This document shows positions 47,682 through 56,805 of a DNA stretch of 64,000 bases, in pieces. Source of the stretch: a virus. Taxonomy: Duplodnaviria; Caudoviricetes. The translations under genes were made by a program, and so were the position numbers. How positions within the stretch are numbered: the stretch's first letter is position 1; every line of letters begins with the position of its first letter. The notes under the pieces were generated by a model. It worked only from the letters and a program-made list of their open reading frames with translations, was not told the DNA's origin and did no database searches. The stretch is taken from the IMG/VR virus record IMGVR_UViG_3300033417_000005, positions 1 through 64,000 of that record. The stretch is one strand, 5' to 3'.

Positions 47682-47970
47682 TGGTCGAGTCCTCGCGTAG
47701 TGGCATGGGAAAGAAGGATACTGATGCCGTTGGCGTAAAACCCCACTCTTCTTTCCAGGCTATGAGCTCTTCTTCGGAATTCATTACTCTTGCCCCATGC
47801 AGTCCGCTGTTAAGTCGTCCCGCTTGCCAATCAGCGTGTTTCGCGGGACCGAATATAATAATCACGTGGTCGTCGAATTTTGTCTTTCCTCGTTCCACTT
47901 CCTTCCATCCAAAGCCATAGTAGTCTTGGCATGCTTCCGGGTGACGGGTAATAATTGTGATCCATGTCAT
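47668..47970 (-). CDS. Hypothetical early protein
   Basis: AAGGAG RBS before ATG at 47970. Confidence 0.6.
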   Translation of the reverse strand: MTWITIITRHPEACQDYYGFGWKEVERGKTKFDDHVIIIFGPAKHADWQAGRLNSGLHGARVMNSEEELIAWKEEWGFTPTASVSFFPMPLREDSTNETD

Positions 47971-47989
47971 GGTTTGAAACTCCTTGTCT

Positions 47990-48223
47990 TTAAGCGGATT
48001 CTTCTTGGAAGGAGAACAGTACACGTTTTGTAATGGCGCAATAATTCCTGGGTTCCCTCGTTTCGGAAATCAGATCGCTGATTACCTCCATAGCTTGCCA
48101 AGGATGGGAGATGGGTTTGGTGATGAGGCGGTAACTAAGTCCGTTCATCGATTCTCGTCGAGCTACAGCGTATTGCTTTTCACTGATCTGCACGATAATG
48201 AGTGGTTGGAGTACATTGTTCAT
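47990..48223 (-). CDS. Hypothetical early protein
   Basis: 77 aa, colinear with neighbours. Confidence 0.5.
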   Translation of the reverse strand: MNNVLQPLIIVQISEKQYAVARRESMNGLSYRLITKPISHPWQAMEVISDLISETREPRNYCAITKRVLFSFQEESA

Positions 48224-48398
48224 AGCTAAATACTCTTAGGGTGGTGATTAGGACGTGACAAGCTAAAGCAGGACGTGTGCACTATGACGTTACAATTCGA
48301 AGACTCATGCTTCGTTAGGAAATGGCCGGTTTTAATGGGACCGGCCGAACCCCAAGCTGACAGCCCTACGAGGCGTCCTGCCTTGGCTTGATGACCCC

Positions 48399-48647
48399 TT
48401 AGGGGGCGTCCTTGCTGCCGACCACGGTTAGGATGACGTTGGCCTGCGCCTTTACGGGGACGTCACCTACCATGACGACGAACTTGTCGTTGGTGAACCA
48501 GCCGAAAGAACCAGAGCTGAATTCCTTGGGGCTGGCAATGGCCTCTTTACCACTGATTGAGAGCAGCAGCGGCTTGGCCTGTTCGGCAAACTCCGCATGG
48601 GTAAGGGGGCATTTGTTCTCCTTCTTCACTTCACTTTTCTTTGCCAT
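48399..48647 (-). CDS. Conserved hypothetical phage protein
   Basis: AAGGAG RBS; FSSGSFGWF motif. Confidence 0.7.
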   Translation of the reverse strand: MAKKSEVKKENKCPLTHAEFAEQAKPLLLSISGKEAIASPKEFSSGSFGWFTNDKFVVMVGDVPVKAQANVILTVVGSKDAP

Positions 48648-48697
48648 GTTATGGCTCCTTCTAAAGGGAGGTTAGGGGTGTACTGCGTTATTGTACC

Positions 48698-48958
48698 TTA
48701 GTACCTAGTGATGAGATAAATGGTGATTGTGGGCACCAAGAGTATGAGGGCCGCCCAGAATACAAAACCCACGATCAGGCACGCAATATCGGCACGTCGT
48801 GAGGCTCGCTTCCGCACCAGCTGGCGATACTCTTCGGTTATCTCGCCAACAATGGCCTTCTGCTCGGCAACGTACTTCTCGAACTCGGCGCTGGTTATCC
48901 GAGGGCCTTGCACGGGGGGAGGTGTTACGGTCGTGGACGTTACAATTCGAGGACTCAT
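48698..48958 (-). CDS. Small membrane protein
   Basis: AAGGAG RBS; C-terminal TM segment. Confidence 0.65.
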   Translation of the reverse strand: MSPRIVTSTTVTPPPVQGPRITSAEFEKYVAEQKAIVGEITEEYRQLVRKRASRRADIACLIVGFVFWAALILLVPTITIYLITRY

Positions 48959-49108
48959 GGCGTTACTCCTTCGTTAAGGGCTTTGGAACAGGCAAGGAAG
49001 AACAAGAACAAATGGTATCCTAACCATAGCATGAGGACGGCTAGGGTAAGATTTGCACCTGCGCCGATTAACTGGAGCATGACCTCAAGAAGGTTGGGTT
49101 CCTCGTGT

Positions 49109-49480
49109 TTACTTTCCATCTTTCTTCTCCGATACTACTTTAGGGTGATTGCCCGACCTGTCTTGAAACGCATAGAACCTGCGGGCTTGCCTGGCTCTTG
49201 CGAAGTGCTTCGTTACTCTTTTTCCGTTTTGGCTGTATTCCACCGTTACCGCCGGAGCGCGGGTGCTGATGGGGAGGCGTGGAGTTCCACGAGGCCATCC
49301 TGTGAGTTTGCGCTTGGCATAAGCGAGGACGCTCCGCCGCTCGATTTGCCAGCACTCCATACCTAGTTCGTCCACCCAGACGAGCTCCGCTTGAATGTGG
49401 CCCTGCTTAATGAGCCACCGTACGTGACGGGGGTGGCTGTTGAGTAAGCGGGCGGCCATGACTGCGGTAATCGTTTTCAC
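49109..49480 (-). CDS. Excisionase/MerR-like HTH protein
   Basis: GTG start with AAGGAG; AARLLNSHPRHVRWLIKQGHIQA. Confidence 0.65.
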   Translation of the reverse strand: MKTITAVMAARLLNSHPRHVRWLIKQGHIQAELVWVDELGMECWQIERRSVLAYAKRKLTGWPRGTPRLPISTRAPAVTVEYSQNGKRVTKHFARARQARRFYAFQDRSGNHPKVVSEKKDGK

Positions 49481-49821
49481 GTGACTTCTCCTTTCTGCGA
49501 AGCAATCTTTAGCTTTTCTTGAATGGGATATACGACGCCTCGTATTTTCAGTTCGAGCACGGCGTCGAGTGGAATGCTGCGGTACGCCTGTTTTTGTACG
49601 TCCCACACGGTAAGCAGGTTGTGCTCTTCAGGGTTGTAGGCCAGCCCTTTTCCTTGCGCAGCATTGTCACGTCCTTTGAGGTCCTTGGCCACCCCCAAAC
49701 GGCATACCATGCGCCGAGGCTGCCCGTCAGTCCGCTTGATAAACAGGCAGCTGAATATCGTGGCTCCTGCTTTGTTGACAATCAGCCGTTTGGCTTTGGA
49801 GGTTTTACTTTTCTTCTTCAT
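49477..49821 (-). CDS. SH3/WYL-like fold phage protein
   Basis: FIKRTDGQPRRM...VWDVQKQAYRSIPL. Confidence 0.7.
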   Translation of the reverse strand: MKKKSKTSKAKRLIVNKAGATIFSCLFIKRTDGQPRRMVCRLGVAKDLKGRDNAAQGKGLAYNPEEHNLLTVWDVQKQAYRSIPLDAVLELKIRGVVYPIQEKLKIASQKGEVT

Positions 49822-50134
49822 TGATCATCTCCCTAGTTATCCACCTGCCAAGCCAGCCTTTTCGACCATCGAATAGGTCACCTAGAAATTCACTGAGTTC
49901 CTGTAACGGCGGATCCTGTTTCACCAGCGCTTCGAGTTCACTATGCTCTCCCGCGGCAAGAGTACAGATTGCCTCCTTGTCGGGCAGCCGGTCCGCCAAC
50001 TTACTGAGGCGAGTGGTAAGTAGCTCAGGCAAGGCATGCACGATGGAATGGTAAGGGTTTACGCCACGCACGAGGTCGCCGTAGTTGTCCTCGCATAGCT
50101 CTTCTAGCAGCAGCAGCAGATTTTCACTAATCAT
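49805..50134 (-). CDS. Hypothetical protein, paralog of 50396-50725
   Basis: Shared VNPY, LADR, KQDPPL and DLFDG blocks. Confidence 0.75.
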   Translation of the reverse strand: MISENLLLLLEELCEDNYGDLVRGVNPYHSIVHALPELLTTRLSKLADRLPDKEAICTLAAGEHSELEALVKQDPPLQELSEFLGDLFDGRKGWLGRWITREMINEEEK

Positions 50135-50412
50135 TATTTCTCTCCTTTTTCTAAAACGCGGTATAGGTCCTCCGCCCATTGGTCGTAGGTTTGGTTCCTT
50201 GGTACGCCGATCCAGATCCATAGGGTGCGCATTGTTTGGGCAACCGCCTTCGTGCTTAGGTGGTCGTCTACAACAGCGGTTACGATGCGTTCTAAAATCT
50301 CTTCTTTGGGGGTACGCATACCAGCTTTGCTCATTTGTTGCAGCACCGTGCGCCTTACGCGACTGCGTGAGGACGTTACAACGCTGCGCGAGGTTTTACT
50401 TTTCTTCTTCAT
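50134..50412 (-). CDS. Hypothetical protein
   Basis: MKKKSKTS start shared with 49477-49821. Confidence 0.6.
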   Translation of the reverse strand: MKKKSKTSRSVVTSSRSRVRRTVLQQMSKAGMRTPKEEILERIVTAVVDDHLSTKAVAQTMRTLWIWIGVPRNQTYDQWAEDLYRVLEKGEK

Positions 50413-50725
50413 TGAGAATCTCCGGGGTTATCCACTTGCTAAGCCAGCCTTCCTCTCCATCGAATAGATCATTTAGAAAGTCATTGAGTTGCCGCAATGG
50501 CGGATCCTGCTTAATCACCTCTTCCTGTTCGCTATACTCTCCCCAGGCGAGGGTTAATACCGTGGCCGTGTCTGGCATCCGGTCCGCCAACGTACTGAGA
50601 TGCGTGGTAAGTGGATCAGGCAAGGCGTACATGACGAAAAAGTAAGGATTTACGTGAGGCGAGAGGTCGCCCCATTGTTCTTTGTATAACTCTTCTATTA
50701 TCAGTTGCAGGTTTTTACTAATCAT
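50396..50725 (-). CDS. Hypothetical protein, paralog of 49805-50134
   Basis: End-to-end similarity to the paralog. Confidence 0.75.
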   Translation of the reverse strand: MISKNLQLIIEELYKEQWGDLSPHVNPYFFVMYALPDPLTTHLSTLADRMPDTATVLTLAWGEYSEQEEVIKQDPPLRQLNDFLNDLFDGEEGWLSKWITPEILNEEEK

Positions 50726-50931
50726 GATTGGGTTTCCAGTCTGTGGCAAATGTGCTCTACTATAGACGCTAGCCGTTCTAGTGTCTCGTCGTCAGTATAC
50801 TCTTGCATCACCTTGGCTATACTGTGTACACTCAGCCCGTCCTCGATGCCGTTTGCTATGGGCTTGCAAGGTATTGTCACACCAGCTCGCTGTAGTTCTT
50901 CTCGTATCACTGTATACGTTCTAATATCCAT
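50722..50931 (-). CDS. Hypothetical early protein
   Basis: GGAG RBS; C-terminus resembles that of 50921-51328. Confidence 0.6.
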   Translation of the reverse strand: MDIRTYTVIREELQRAGVTIPCKPIANGIEDGLSVHSIAKVMQEYTDDETLERLASIVEHICHRLETQS

Positions 50932-51328
50932 TTGAGGTCTCCAGTCGGTGGTAAATGCGTTCAGCCAATTCCGTGCAAGTTATTTCTAGCGGCTGGCCGA
51001 TTATGCCGCTCCACTTTTGAATAAAGCACCCCACGTCGCAGGCCGATAAATGGTCTTCAATTAACTGTGCCACTTCTTCTATTGGGTTGGGGTACCGGTG
51101 GTCTAACCCGGCAAGTTTGAACTCTTTCTTGACTGCTTTTCTAATTTTCCTGTTCATCTTTACTCTCTCTCTTTCTAAGGTGCGTTCTTCGGGACGTGAC
51201 ATGACTTCGTCAGGATGGCGCTCCAAGTAACAAGCGTGGCAATCCTGTTCGTGCCGTTTGCCTTCCGCGTAGGTGCTAAAGGGCTCGCCACAGGCGGCCA
51301 CATAAACGTCGGTGTAATTCCAGCTCAT
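50921..51328 (-). CDS. Hypothetical early protein
   Basis: AGGAG RBS. Confidence 0.65.
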   Translation of the reverse strand: MSWNYTDVYVAACGEPFSTYAEGKRHEQDCHACYLERHPDEVMSRPEERTLERERVKMNRKIRKAVKKEFKLAGLDHRYPNPIEEVAQLIEDHLSACDVGCFIQKWSGIIGQPLEITCTELAERIYHRLETSNGY

Positions 51329-51363
51329 AATTGTGTCTCCTGTAAAGGGTGTTGTGGAGGGGG

Positions 51364-51651
51364 CTAGGTAACGGGGTCGTCAGTTCCTTCGTAGCACCAA
51401 TATCCTTTGTCGTCGTCGCCCATGGTGTAAAGATATAGGCGTTCGGCAACGGTGTCGTAGACGTGTACGTTGTCGTAGTCGTACCATGTTTTGTCGTCCA
51501 TCATACGGTTTATGTGGGCGTCACACTCACTCAGCGTATCGTACATGGCGAGTACCTCGCGATTAGGGCCGAGGTGCCCGATTACCGCAAAGCGTTTTGC
51601 TTTGTCAACATTGGCGGGGCTGGTGTTAAACCTAATCATTTTCTTCGACAT
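51364..51651 (-). CDS. Hypothetical early protein, paralog of 51802-52065
   Basis: KRFAV...EVLAMY.TLSECDA. Confidence 0.75.
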   Translation of the reverse strand: MSKKMIRFNTSPANVDKAKRFAVIGHLGPNREVLAMYDTLSECDAHINRMMDDKTWYDYDNVHVYDTVAERLYLYTMGDDDKGYWCYEGTDDPVT

Positions 51652-51731
51652 TTCATTTCTCCTTTGTGCGTGGGGGTGTTTTGGGGCGGCCTACACTCCG
51701 TCCCCGTGGGGGCGCTTTTGGCCCTACATAT

Positions 51732-51760
51732 AGCCTAGCACAGCGGCTAAAGGAATGCAA
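51732..51760 (-). promoter_or_regulatory. Early-type promoter P2
   Basis: TTGCAT-17-TAGGCT with TG extension. Confidence 0.65.
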
Positions 51761-51801
51761 GGGGTGAAATGCAGTTTTTTGCATGCGATAAATGGGGGTA
51801 A

Positions 51802-52065
51802 TTATTCGATAACGGGTTCGTTGGTGTCTTCGTAGCACCACCCTCCTCCCCCCTTATCATAGAGGCATAGATGTTCGGTAAGGCAGTCGTATAGGTTTAC
51901 ATTGTCGTATTCCTGGATTTCACCGTCCTCACACATGCCCTCTATATAGGCGTCACACTCACTTAGAGTTTCGTACATGGCGAGTACCTCGCAATCAGTG
52001 TCGATGTAGCCGAGGACTGCAAAGCGTTTTGTGGGTTCCACGGTTTCGCCTTCAAGCCTGATCAT
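51802..52065 (-). CDS. Hypothetical early protein, paralog of 51364-51651
   Basis: Shared motifs with the paralog. Confidence 0.75.
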   Translation of the reverse strand: MIRLEGETVEPTKRFAVLGYIDTDCEVLAMYETLSECDAYIEGMCEDGEIQEYDNVNLYDCLTEHLCLYDKGGGGWCYEDTNEPVIE

Positions 52066-52092
52066 TAGGCTGTCCTTTCTTTAAGTTGGATG

Positions 52093-52728
52093 TTACAGCG
52101 CTGCGCTTGGTACGTTTCGTAAAGCAGCCTCAAATACTTGATAGAGATATTCTTTGACGTCGTTGCGGTTTGGCCCGCTGATCTTTAACTCAAAGTCATT
52201 GGTCAGGCTGGGGCGCACCGTGCAGACATGGAAAGTCCATCCGTCGTACATGCCCACTTCATTCGTATGATGATAGCCGAAGCGCAGTACGAGTTTGTTG
52301 GCGTTGCTGCGTTCCAGGTCGAAAACAACCTCGTCGTCGACACCACTGCCATGAGGCAGCCACTCAGCAACTAGCTCTTTGATTTCTTGTTCATGCTTCT
52401 CCTTCCATTCAAGGTTGTTGGACTCGACACAGGTAAGGCGCGCCTGGCAAAGGATGGCCAGTGCTTGGTACAGGGGGCCTGTCTTCTTGGGGGAAGCGTA
52501 AAAGAGTTTGTTTCCATTCATAATTCGTGCAACAACGTGCCAGTTGTATTCAATGGAGGGAATGGTGACGTCAATAGGTGCAATCGTCGCGAATGTGTTT
52601 TTTCTTCCGGTGACTCTTGCGGGATATTCAATTCCACCGATAGTAAGCCAGCATTCTTGTCCTGCAAACTTTTTCGCAAGATTTCTGGTTTCGTAAACCG
52701 TTGGCCGCAGTCTTGTGTTCCAGCTCAT
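52093..52728 (-). CDS. Hypothetical early protein
   Basis: 211 aa; LPHGSGVD...YHH...G.YDGW. Confidence 0.7.
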   Translation of the reverse strand: MSWNTRLRPTVYETRNLAKKFAGQECWLTIGGIEYPARVTGRKNTFATIAPIDVTIPSIEYNWHVVARIMNGNKLFYASPKKTGPLYQALAILCQARLTCVESNNLEWKEKHEQEIKELVAEWLPHGSGVDDEVVFDLERSNANKLVLRFGYHHTNEVGMYDGWTFHVCTVRPSLTNDFELKISGPNRNDVKEYLYQVFEAALRNVPSAAL

Positions 52729-53030
52729 TGTTCTTTCCTTTCAAGAGAGACCTCAATAACTATTCGATCGATACATACGGGCCAGCGCTGCGATTGCCCT
52801 GCTTTCCACGAGTTTTCGAGTTGTAACCCCCACCTTCGTATCAACGGCGGCACGAGTCTCCAAGCCGACCTTTCCACGCCTTCGTGCCCCCAAGCGATAA
52901 AGTTTCCTCGGTGAATTAAAACACCCTCGGAGGTGGAGGCGGTGGCGACATAGTCAAGCTGACGCGGTCCTTCGACAAATATGTCCTCGGGCCACGAATC
53001 TGGATCGATATAATTAACTTTCACTTCCAT
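52725..53030 (-). CDS. Hypothetical early protein
   Basis: AAGGA RBS; coupled to neighbour. Confidence 0.6.
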   Translation of the reverse strand: MEVKVNYIDPDSWPEDIFVEGPRQLDYVATASTSEGVLIHRGNFIAWGHEGVERSAWRLVPPLIRRWGLQLENSWKAGQSQRWPVCIDRIVIEVSLERKEQ

Positions 53031-53040
53031 GGGGGGTTCC

Positions 53041-53259
53041 TTAATAGTTGACGTTCACGGTTTTCGTGAGCTTGGCATAGCGAATGCTGTACCGTTCGCC
53101 TTTGTTGGACTTCCGGGCATCTTCGATAGAGGTGTACCGGCCGTCGTCCGGGTGGAAGGCGCAAGCAATTATGAAGTCCTTGTTTTCTTGCCAATCCTTC
53201 TTTACGGCGGCGGCGTTCGTGTAATCACGGTTGTAGGCGGGTATTAAGGTCACGTACAT
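53041..53259 (-). CDS. Conserved hypothetical phage protein
   Basis: TLIPAYNRDY motif; AAGGAG RBS. Confidence 0.7.
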   Translation of the reverse strand: MYVTLIPAYNRDYTNAAAVKKDWQENKDFIIACAFHPDDGRYTSIEDARKSNKGERYSIRYAKLTKTVNVNY

Positions 53260-53284
53260 GATTTCATTTCTCCTTTGTGTTAAA

Positions 53285-53518
53285 TCAGTCTTCGTGGCGG
53301 CCCCAGGCATTTTCGTATTCCGCTAGGGTGTCCTCCAGTCTTACAAACAGCTCTTCGACCTCCGTAGTATCCATTCGTACGAGCAGGTCCTTGGCGCGCG
53401 TGCCTGCGATAGGCCAGCGTTCCGATGGAAGCTGCTGCTTGATCATGGCTGTTAATAGGTCGTCGATCGCCACGGCCATGGGGGCGGTTTGTGCGAATTT
53501 ACCAGGGTTTGTACTCAT
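53285..53518 (-). CDS. Hypothetical early protein
   Basis: AAGGAG RBS before ATG at 53518. Confidence 0.65.
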   Translation of the reverse strand: MSTNPGKFAQTAPMAVAIDDLLTAMIKQQLPSERWPIAGTRAKDLLVRMDTTEVEELFVRLEDTLAEYENAWGRHED

Positions 53519-53620
53519 TTCATTTCTCCTTGTGGGTGTTACAACGCTTCGCGAGGTGTTGTGTACTCCGTCCCCGTGGGTGCCACATTGTGTGGCGGCC
53601 AAGGCACGGGGCCAACCTAT

Positions 53621-53649
53621 AGCCTAGCATACCGGCTAAAGGGATACAA
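53621..53649 (-). promoter_or_regulatory. Early-type promoter P3
   Basis: TTGTAT-17-TAGGCT; spacer near-identical to P2. Confidence 0.65.
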
Positions 53650-53754
53650 GGGGTAAAATGGCGGTATATAATGGTATTGGGTGTAAAACAAAATTGGATG
53701 CGGACGTAAGGTAAATAGTGATAAAACCCTGAAACAAGATTGGAGAATTGTAGA

Positions 53755-54012
53755 ATGCGAGACATCCAGCCTAATGTGGAAGAAGACCAAATTTTGGAGC
53801 GGTTGCGTAACGTGGAAGAAGACCGAATGATGAAATGGTTTGCGTACGTGCATCTGCCGGATAATCTCCGGATCATTAGCAGCCCGTTCCACGATCTAGC
53901 TCATGATCTTTGCAGGAGGATCGATCCTGGCCCGGAACGTACCGTCATGCTGCGGAAACTGTTGGAGTCGAAAGACGCGGCTGTCCGGGCCGTGGTGCAT
54001 CCGGGAGGATAA
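53755..54012 (+). CDS. Small helical-hairpin phage protein (possible Acb2/Tad1-like)
   Basis: F.Y.HLP...S.PF.DLA...GPERTVMLRKLLESKDAAVRA. Confidence 0.6.
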   Translation: MRDIQPNVEEDQILERLRNVEEDRMMKWFAYVHLPDNLRIISSPFHDLAHDLCRRIDPGPERTVMLRKLLESKDAAVRAVVHPGG

Positions 54013-54055
54013 GAGCGAGTCTTCTAATTGTTTTTCATGATCTACGGAGGAAGTC

Positions 54056-54325
54056 ATGGGTCGTATTAAATGGCACGGTTCGTGTGATGCCAAGCGTCAA
54101 AGTCCCCTTGCTAAACACATTGGATCGCAGCTGCTTAGGGCTCGAGAAAAACATCAATTGACAATTCGGGAAACTGCGAAGAGAGTGGGCATATCCAACG
54201 CATTTGTCTGCCAAATCGAAAATGGCCAAAGCGTCCCAGGCGCCGAGATTCTTTGGAAGCTGTCGAGAACGTTTGACGTTCCGGTAACTTATTGGTTTCG
54301 TGGATTCACGGACGATAATGGCTAA
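54056..54325 (+). CDS. XRE-family HTH repressor-like protein
   Basis: LTIRETAKRVGISNAFVCQIENG..VP. Confidence 0.8.
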   Translation: MGRIKWHGSCDAKRQSPLAKHIGSQLLRAREKHQLTIRETAKRVGISNAFVCQIENGQSVPGAEILWKLSRTFDVPVTYWFRGFTDDNG

Positions 54326-54343
54326 TTACCCCGGAGGCTGATA

Positions 54344-54661
54344 ATGGTCCGCGAAACTATGGTGTGGGAACCAGAATATCCACTGCCGAAATTGACAGCC
54401 GAAGACCGTCAAGCCTTGAATGAAATTGATATCAACAAAATAATTGCCAGCGTGGTGGCGGAGATGCCGCCCGAGGACGTTACAACGCTTCGCGAACAAC
54501 AAAAACCATGGAAGGTGACCGATACGTTCGGTAACACAATTCAGCGATACAAAACTAAATCGGATGCATTAGCGTCGTGCATTGCTAGAAATCTACTCGC
54601 GAGGGAGATGGGATTGTGGATGAGGTATCGCGTTGCGAGAGATCAAGGGTGGGACGAGTGA
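54344..54661 (+). CDS. Hypothetical protein
   Basis: GGAGG RBS. Confidence 0.6.
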   Translation: MVRETMVWEPEYPLPKLTAEDRQALNEIDINKIIASVVAEMPPEDVTTLREQQKPWKVTDTFGNTIQRYKTKSDALASCIARNLLAREMGLWMRYRVARDQGWDE

Positions 54662-54710
54662 TCTAAATAATGCTGCGCGACGCGATTTTTTGTCGTAAAA
54701 AGGTGCAATA

Positions 54711-55061
54711 ATGACAGACTCAGAAAACTTAAGGAGTTTTAAAATGACTGATTTGCAACGAGGTTTTCGCGACGCGATTCACGTTCCGTTCATAATCGTT
54801 TCTTGCGACAGCGAATTGCAGCCCGGCGACAAAATTTCTTTGCGGCACGATGATAAGTGCGTGCTTTGGCAAGGATCTAACTACGAACCTGATTGGCACG
54901 GCGTGGCTGAACCGTTTCGGCTCACGAAAATACCTGCGGGCGAATTGTTTGCCTGCTTTATCCGCAAGGACTGTTTTTCAGGACTGACGCACAACTTTAA
55001 AATCGAGGTCAACGACCACGGAGGGACCGACACGTGCCACAAAGTTTGCGACATCTTTTAA
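54711..55061 (+). CDS. Hypothetical protein
   Basis: RDAIHV...GVAEPF pattern. Confidence 0.6.
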   Translation: MTDSENLRSFKMTDLQRGFRDAIHVPFIIVSCDSELQPGDKISLRHDDKCVLWQGSNYEPDWHGVAEPFRLTKIPAGELFACFIRKDCFSGLTHNFKIEVNDHGGTDTCHKVCDIF

Positions 55062-55076
55062 AAAGGAGTCAGGAAA

Positions 55077-55388
55077 ATGAACAAACTCCCAACCGGAAAG
55101 CTGACTCCTAGATCGAATGAATTTGTCAGCGGAATCCGTATGACCGGAGCATTCGGCCAGCCCGACGGATTCGGTTCTGTACTGCGGTGCATAGTCACGA
55201 AAGATGGCAGCGCGCAATTTACGATGTATATTCGGAACGAACACCGAGACGGTGAACAAGGGATCGATTTTTGGACGGTTGCTCTGGACAACGAGCAAAG
55301 GGGCATTTTGGCGCGATGGCTGAGCACAACGGGGCACGATCCAACGTTGGTGGAATATATTCACGACGAGGAATCTGTCAAGGGATGA
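55077..55388 (+). CDS. Hypothetical protein
   Basis: AGGA RBS. Confidence 0.6.
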   Translation: MNKLPTGKLTPRSNEFVSGIRMTGAFGQPDGFGSVLRCIVTKDGSAQFTMYIRNEHRDGEQGIDFWTVALDNEQRGILARWLSTTGHDPTLVEYIHDEESVKG

Positions 55389-56133
55389 TCACGATCTTAC
55401 GGGTGGCGCGACGAGATTTTTTGGCGCAAAAAGTTGAATATGTGACTCATTGACTCATGGAAAAACCAAAACTTACTTCGCGAGAAATGCTTCGTCGTGA
55501 CAACGCTCCACGTGGAAGACGGATTTTAAAAAATCGTGGTGCCCCACCCGCACACCACCCTTCTTAGGATAAAGAAAAGAATATTCTTTGTAAAGTATAG
55601 AGAATCTAATCTTAAGCATAAGTTCTTATTCTCTCTAGAAAGAGAAAGAAAAGAAGAGATACGATTTTATTCAGTAAAAAGAAGACTTCTTCTCTTAGAA
55701 AGATCAAAGAATCTTTGTAAAAAGTAAGACTTCTTCTTTTAGAAAGAAAAGAAATTTGAGTTCTTCTTTTGAAAAGAAAAAAGTTTCCGTCTTGGGTGTG
55801 CGCGTACGCGCGAGGAATCCGCTTTTGATTTCGTTTCGGTCCATGAACTTTGATTTCCGTTCGTTCCTAGATTCTTATCTTCGATTCAGTTTACCTGGAT
55901 CCTAGATTCTTATCTTCGATTCAGTTTATCTGGATCCATCTTTTCGGTTCTTATGTTTTGATTTCCATTCGTTCCAAAGTTTCGGTCCAAAGTTTTTGAT
56001 TTCGTTTCGTTCTTAGCCTTGGAATTTGGATCATCCATCTTTTCGGTTCTTGAGTTTTGATTTCCATTCGTTCGCGTTCCAAGATGTGGAAAGAATTTGA
56101 ACTTCCACTTTTGCGAAACGTGCCCGCAACGAT

Positions 56134-56183
56134 TTGGATTGGATTGGATTGGATTGGATTGGATTGGATTGGATTGGATTGGA
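56134..56183 (+). repeat. (TTGGA)10 microsatellite
   Basis: Ten perfect units. Confidence 0.95.
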
Positions 56184-56546
56184 AATGGAAGATGAATGAA
56201 AACCCTTGGCCGGAAAACGATTTGTGAATGCAAGCGCAGCGCTGTAACGTCCAAGAAACGGGGTACTTCTAAATACCTCAAAAGTGGCAAATAATCTACC
56301 AGTTTGTTAAGCTAGGCAAACCTAGGCTGAGGGGCCCAAATTTGCGACCTCACGCACTTTGCCGGGTTTTGGCATAAAACTAGCCACTTGCCATTTTAGG
56401 ACGTCAGATCCTAAATTTGGGTCCCTGAGGACAAATTAAAAAGCAAACCGCATTGCCAATTGCCAAACCTGAATTTTCAAAACGCTCTGTACAGCGTACC
56501 CTTCGCCTCGTAGCGACATAGCCCCATTGCCCCGTATGTCGGCTCG

Positions 56547-56591
56547 TTTCGGTCCAATTCTTTTCGGTCCAATTCTTTTCGGTCCAATTCT
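56547..56591 (+). repeat. (TTTCGGTCCAATTCT)3 tandem repeat
   Basis: Read directly. Confidence 0.9.
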
Positions 56592-56755
56592 TCATACTTG
56601 GCTTTCTCATCCACGCCCCTGCACATACTTCCATTTTTCAGCTACACTCTTTATACCACTTCTAGGGGGTTAGGTACCCCCACCTCAGGGGGGCCACTAC
56701 TAGGGGGTATGCCACCCCCACTAGGGTAGTGTACGTTTGTACAAAGCAGGTGCAT

Positions 56756-56782
56756 AAAAAACCCGGCCCGCCTTGGCCGGGT
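56756..56782 (-). terminator. Rho-independent terminator
   Basis: ACCCGGCC-AAGGCG-GGCCGGGT-TTTTT on the minus strand, just after the stop at 56806. Confidence 0.8.
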
Positions 56783-56805
56783 AGTGTACCAACGTACACT
56801 AGGGG

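Noticed and set aside
49109-54325. Integration/lysogeny module
   Set aside because: Excisionase-like and XRE HTH genes are present, but no integrase or att-adjacent host sequence; lifestyle undetermined.
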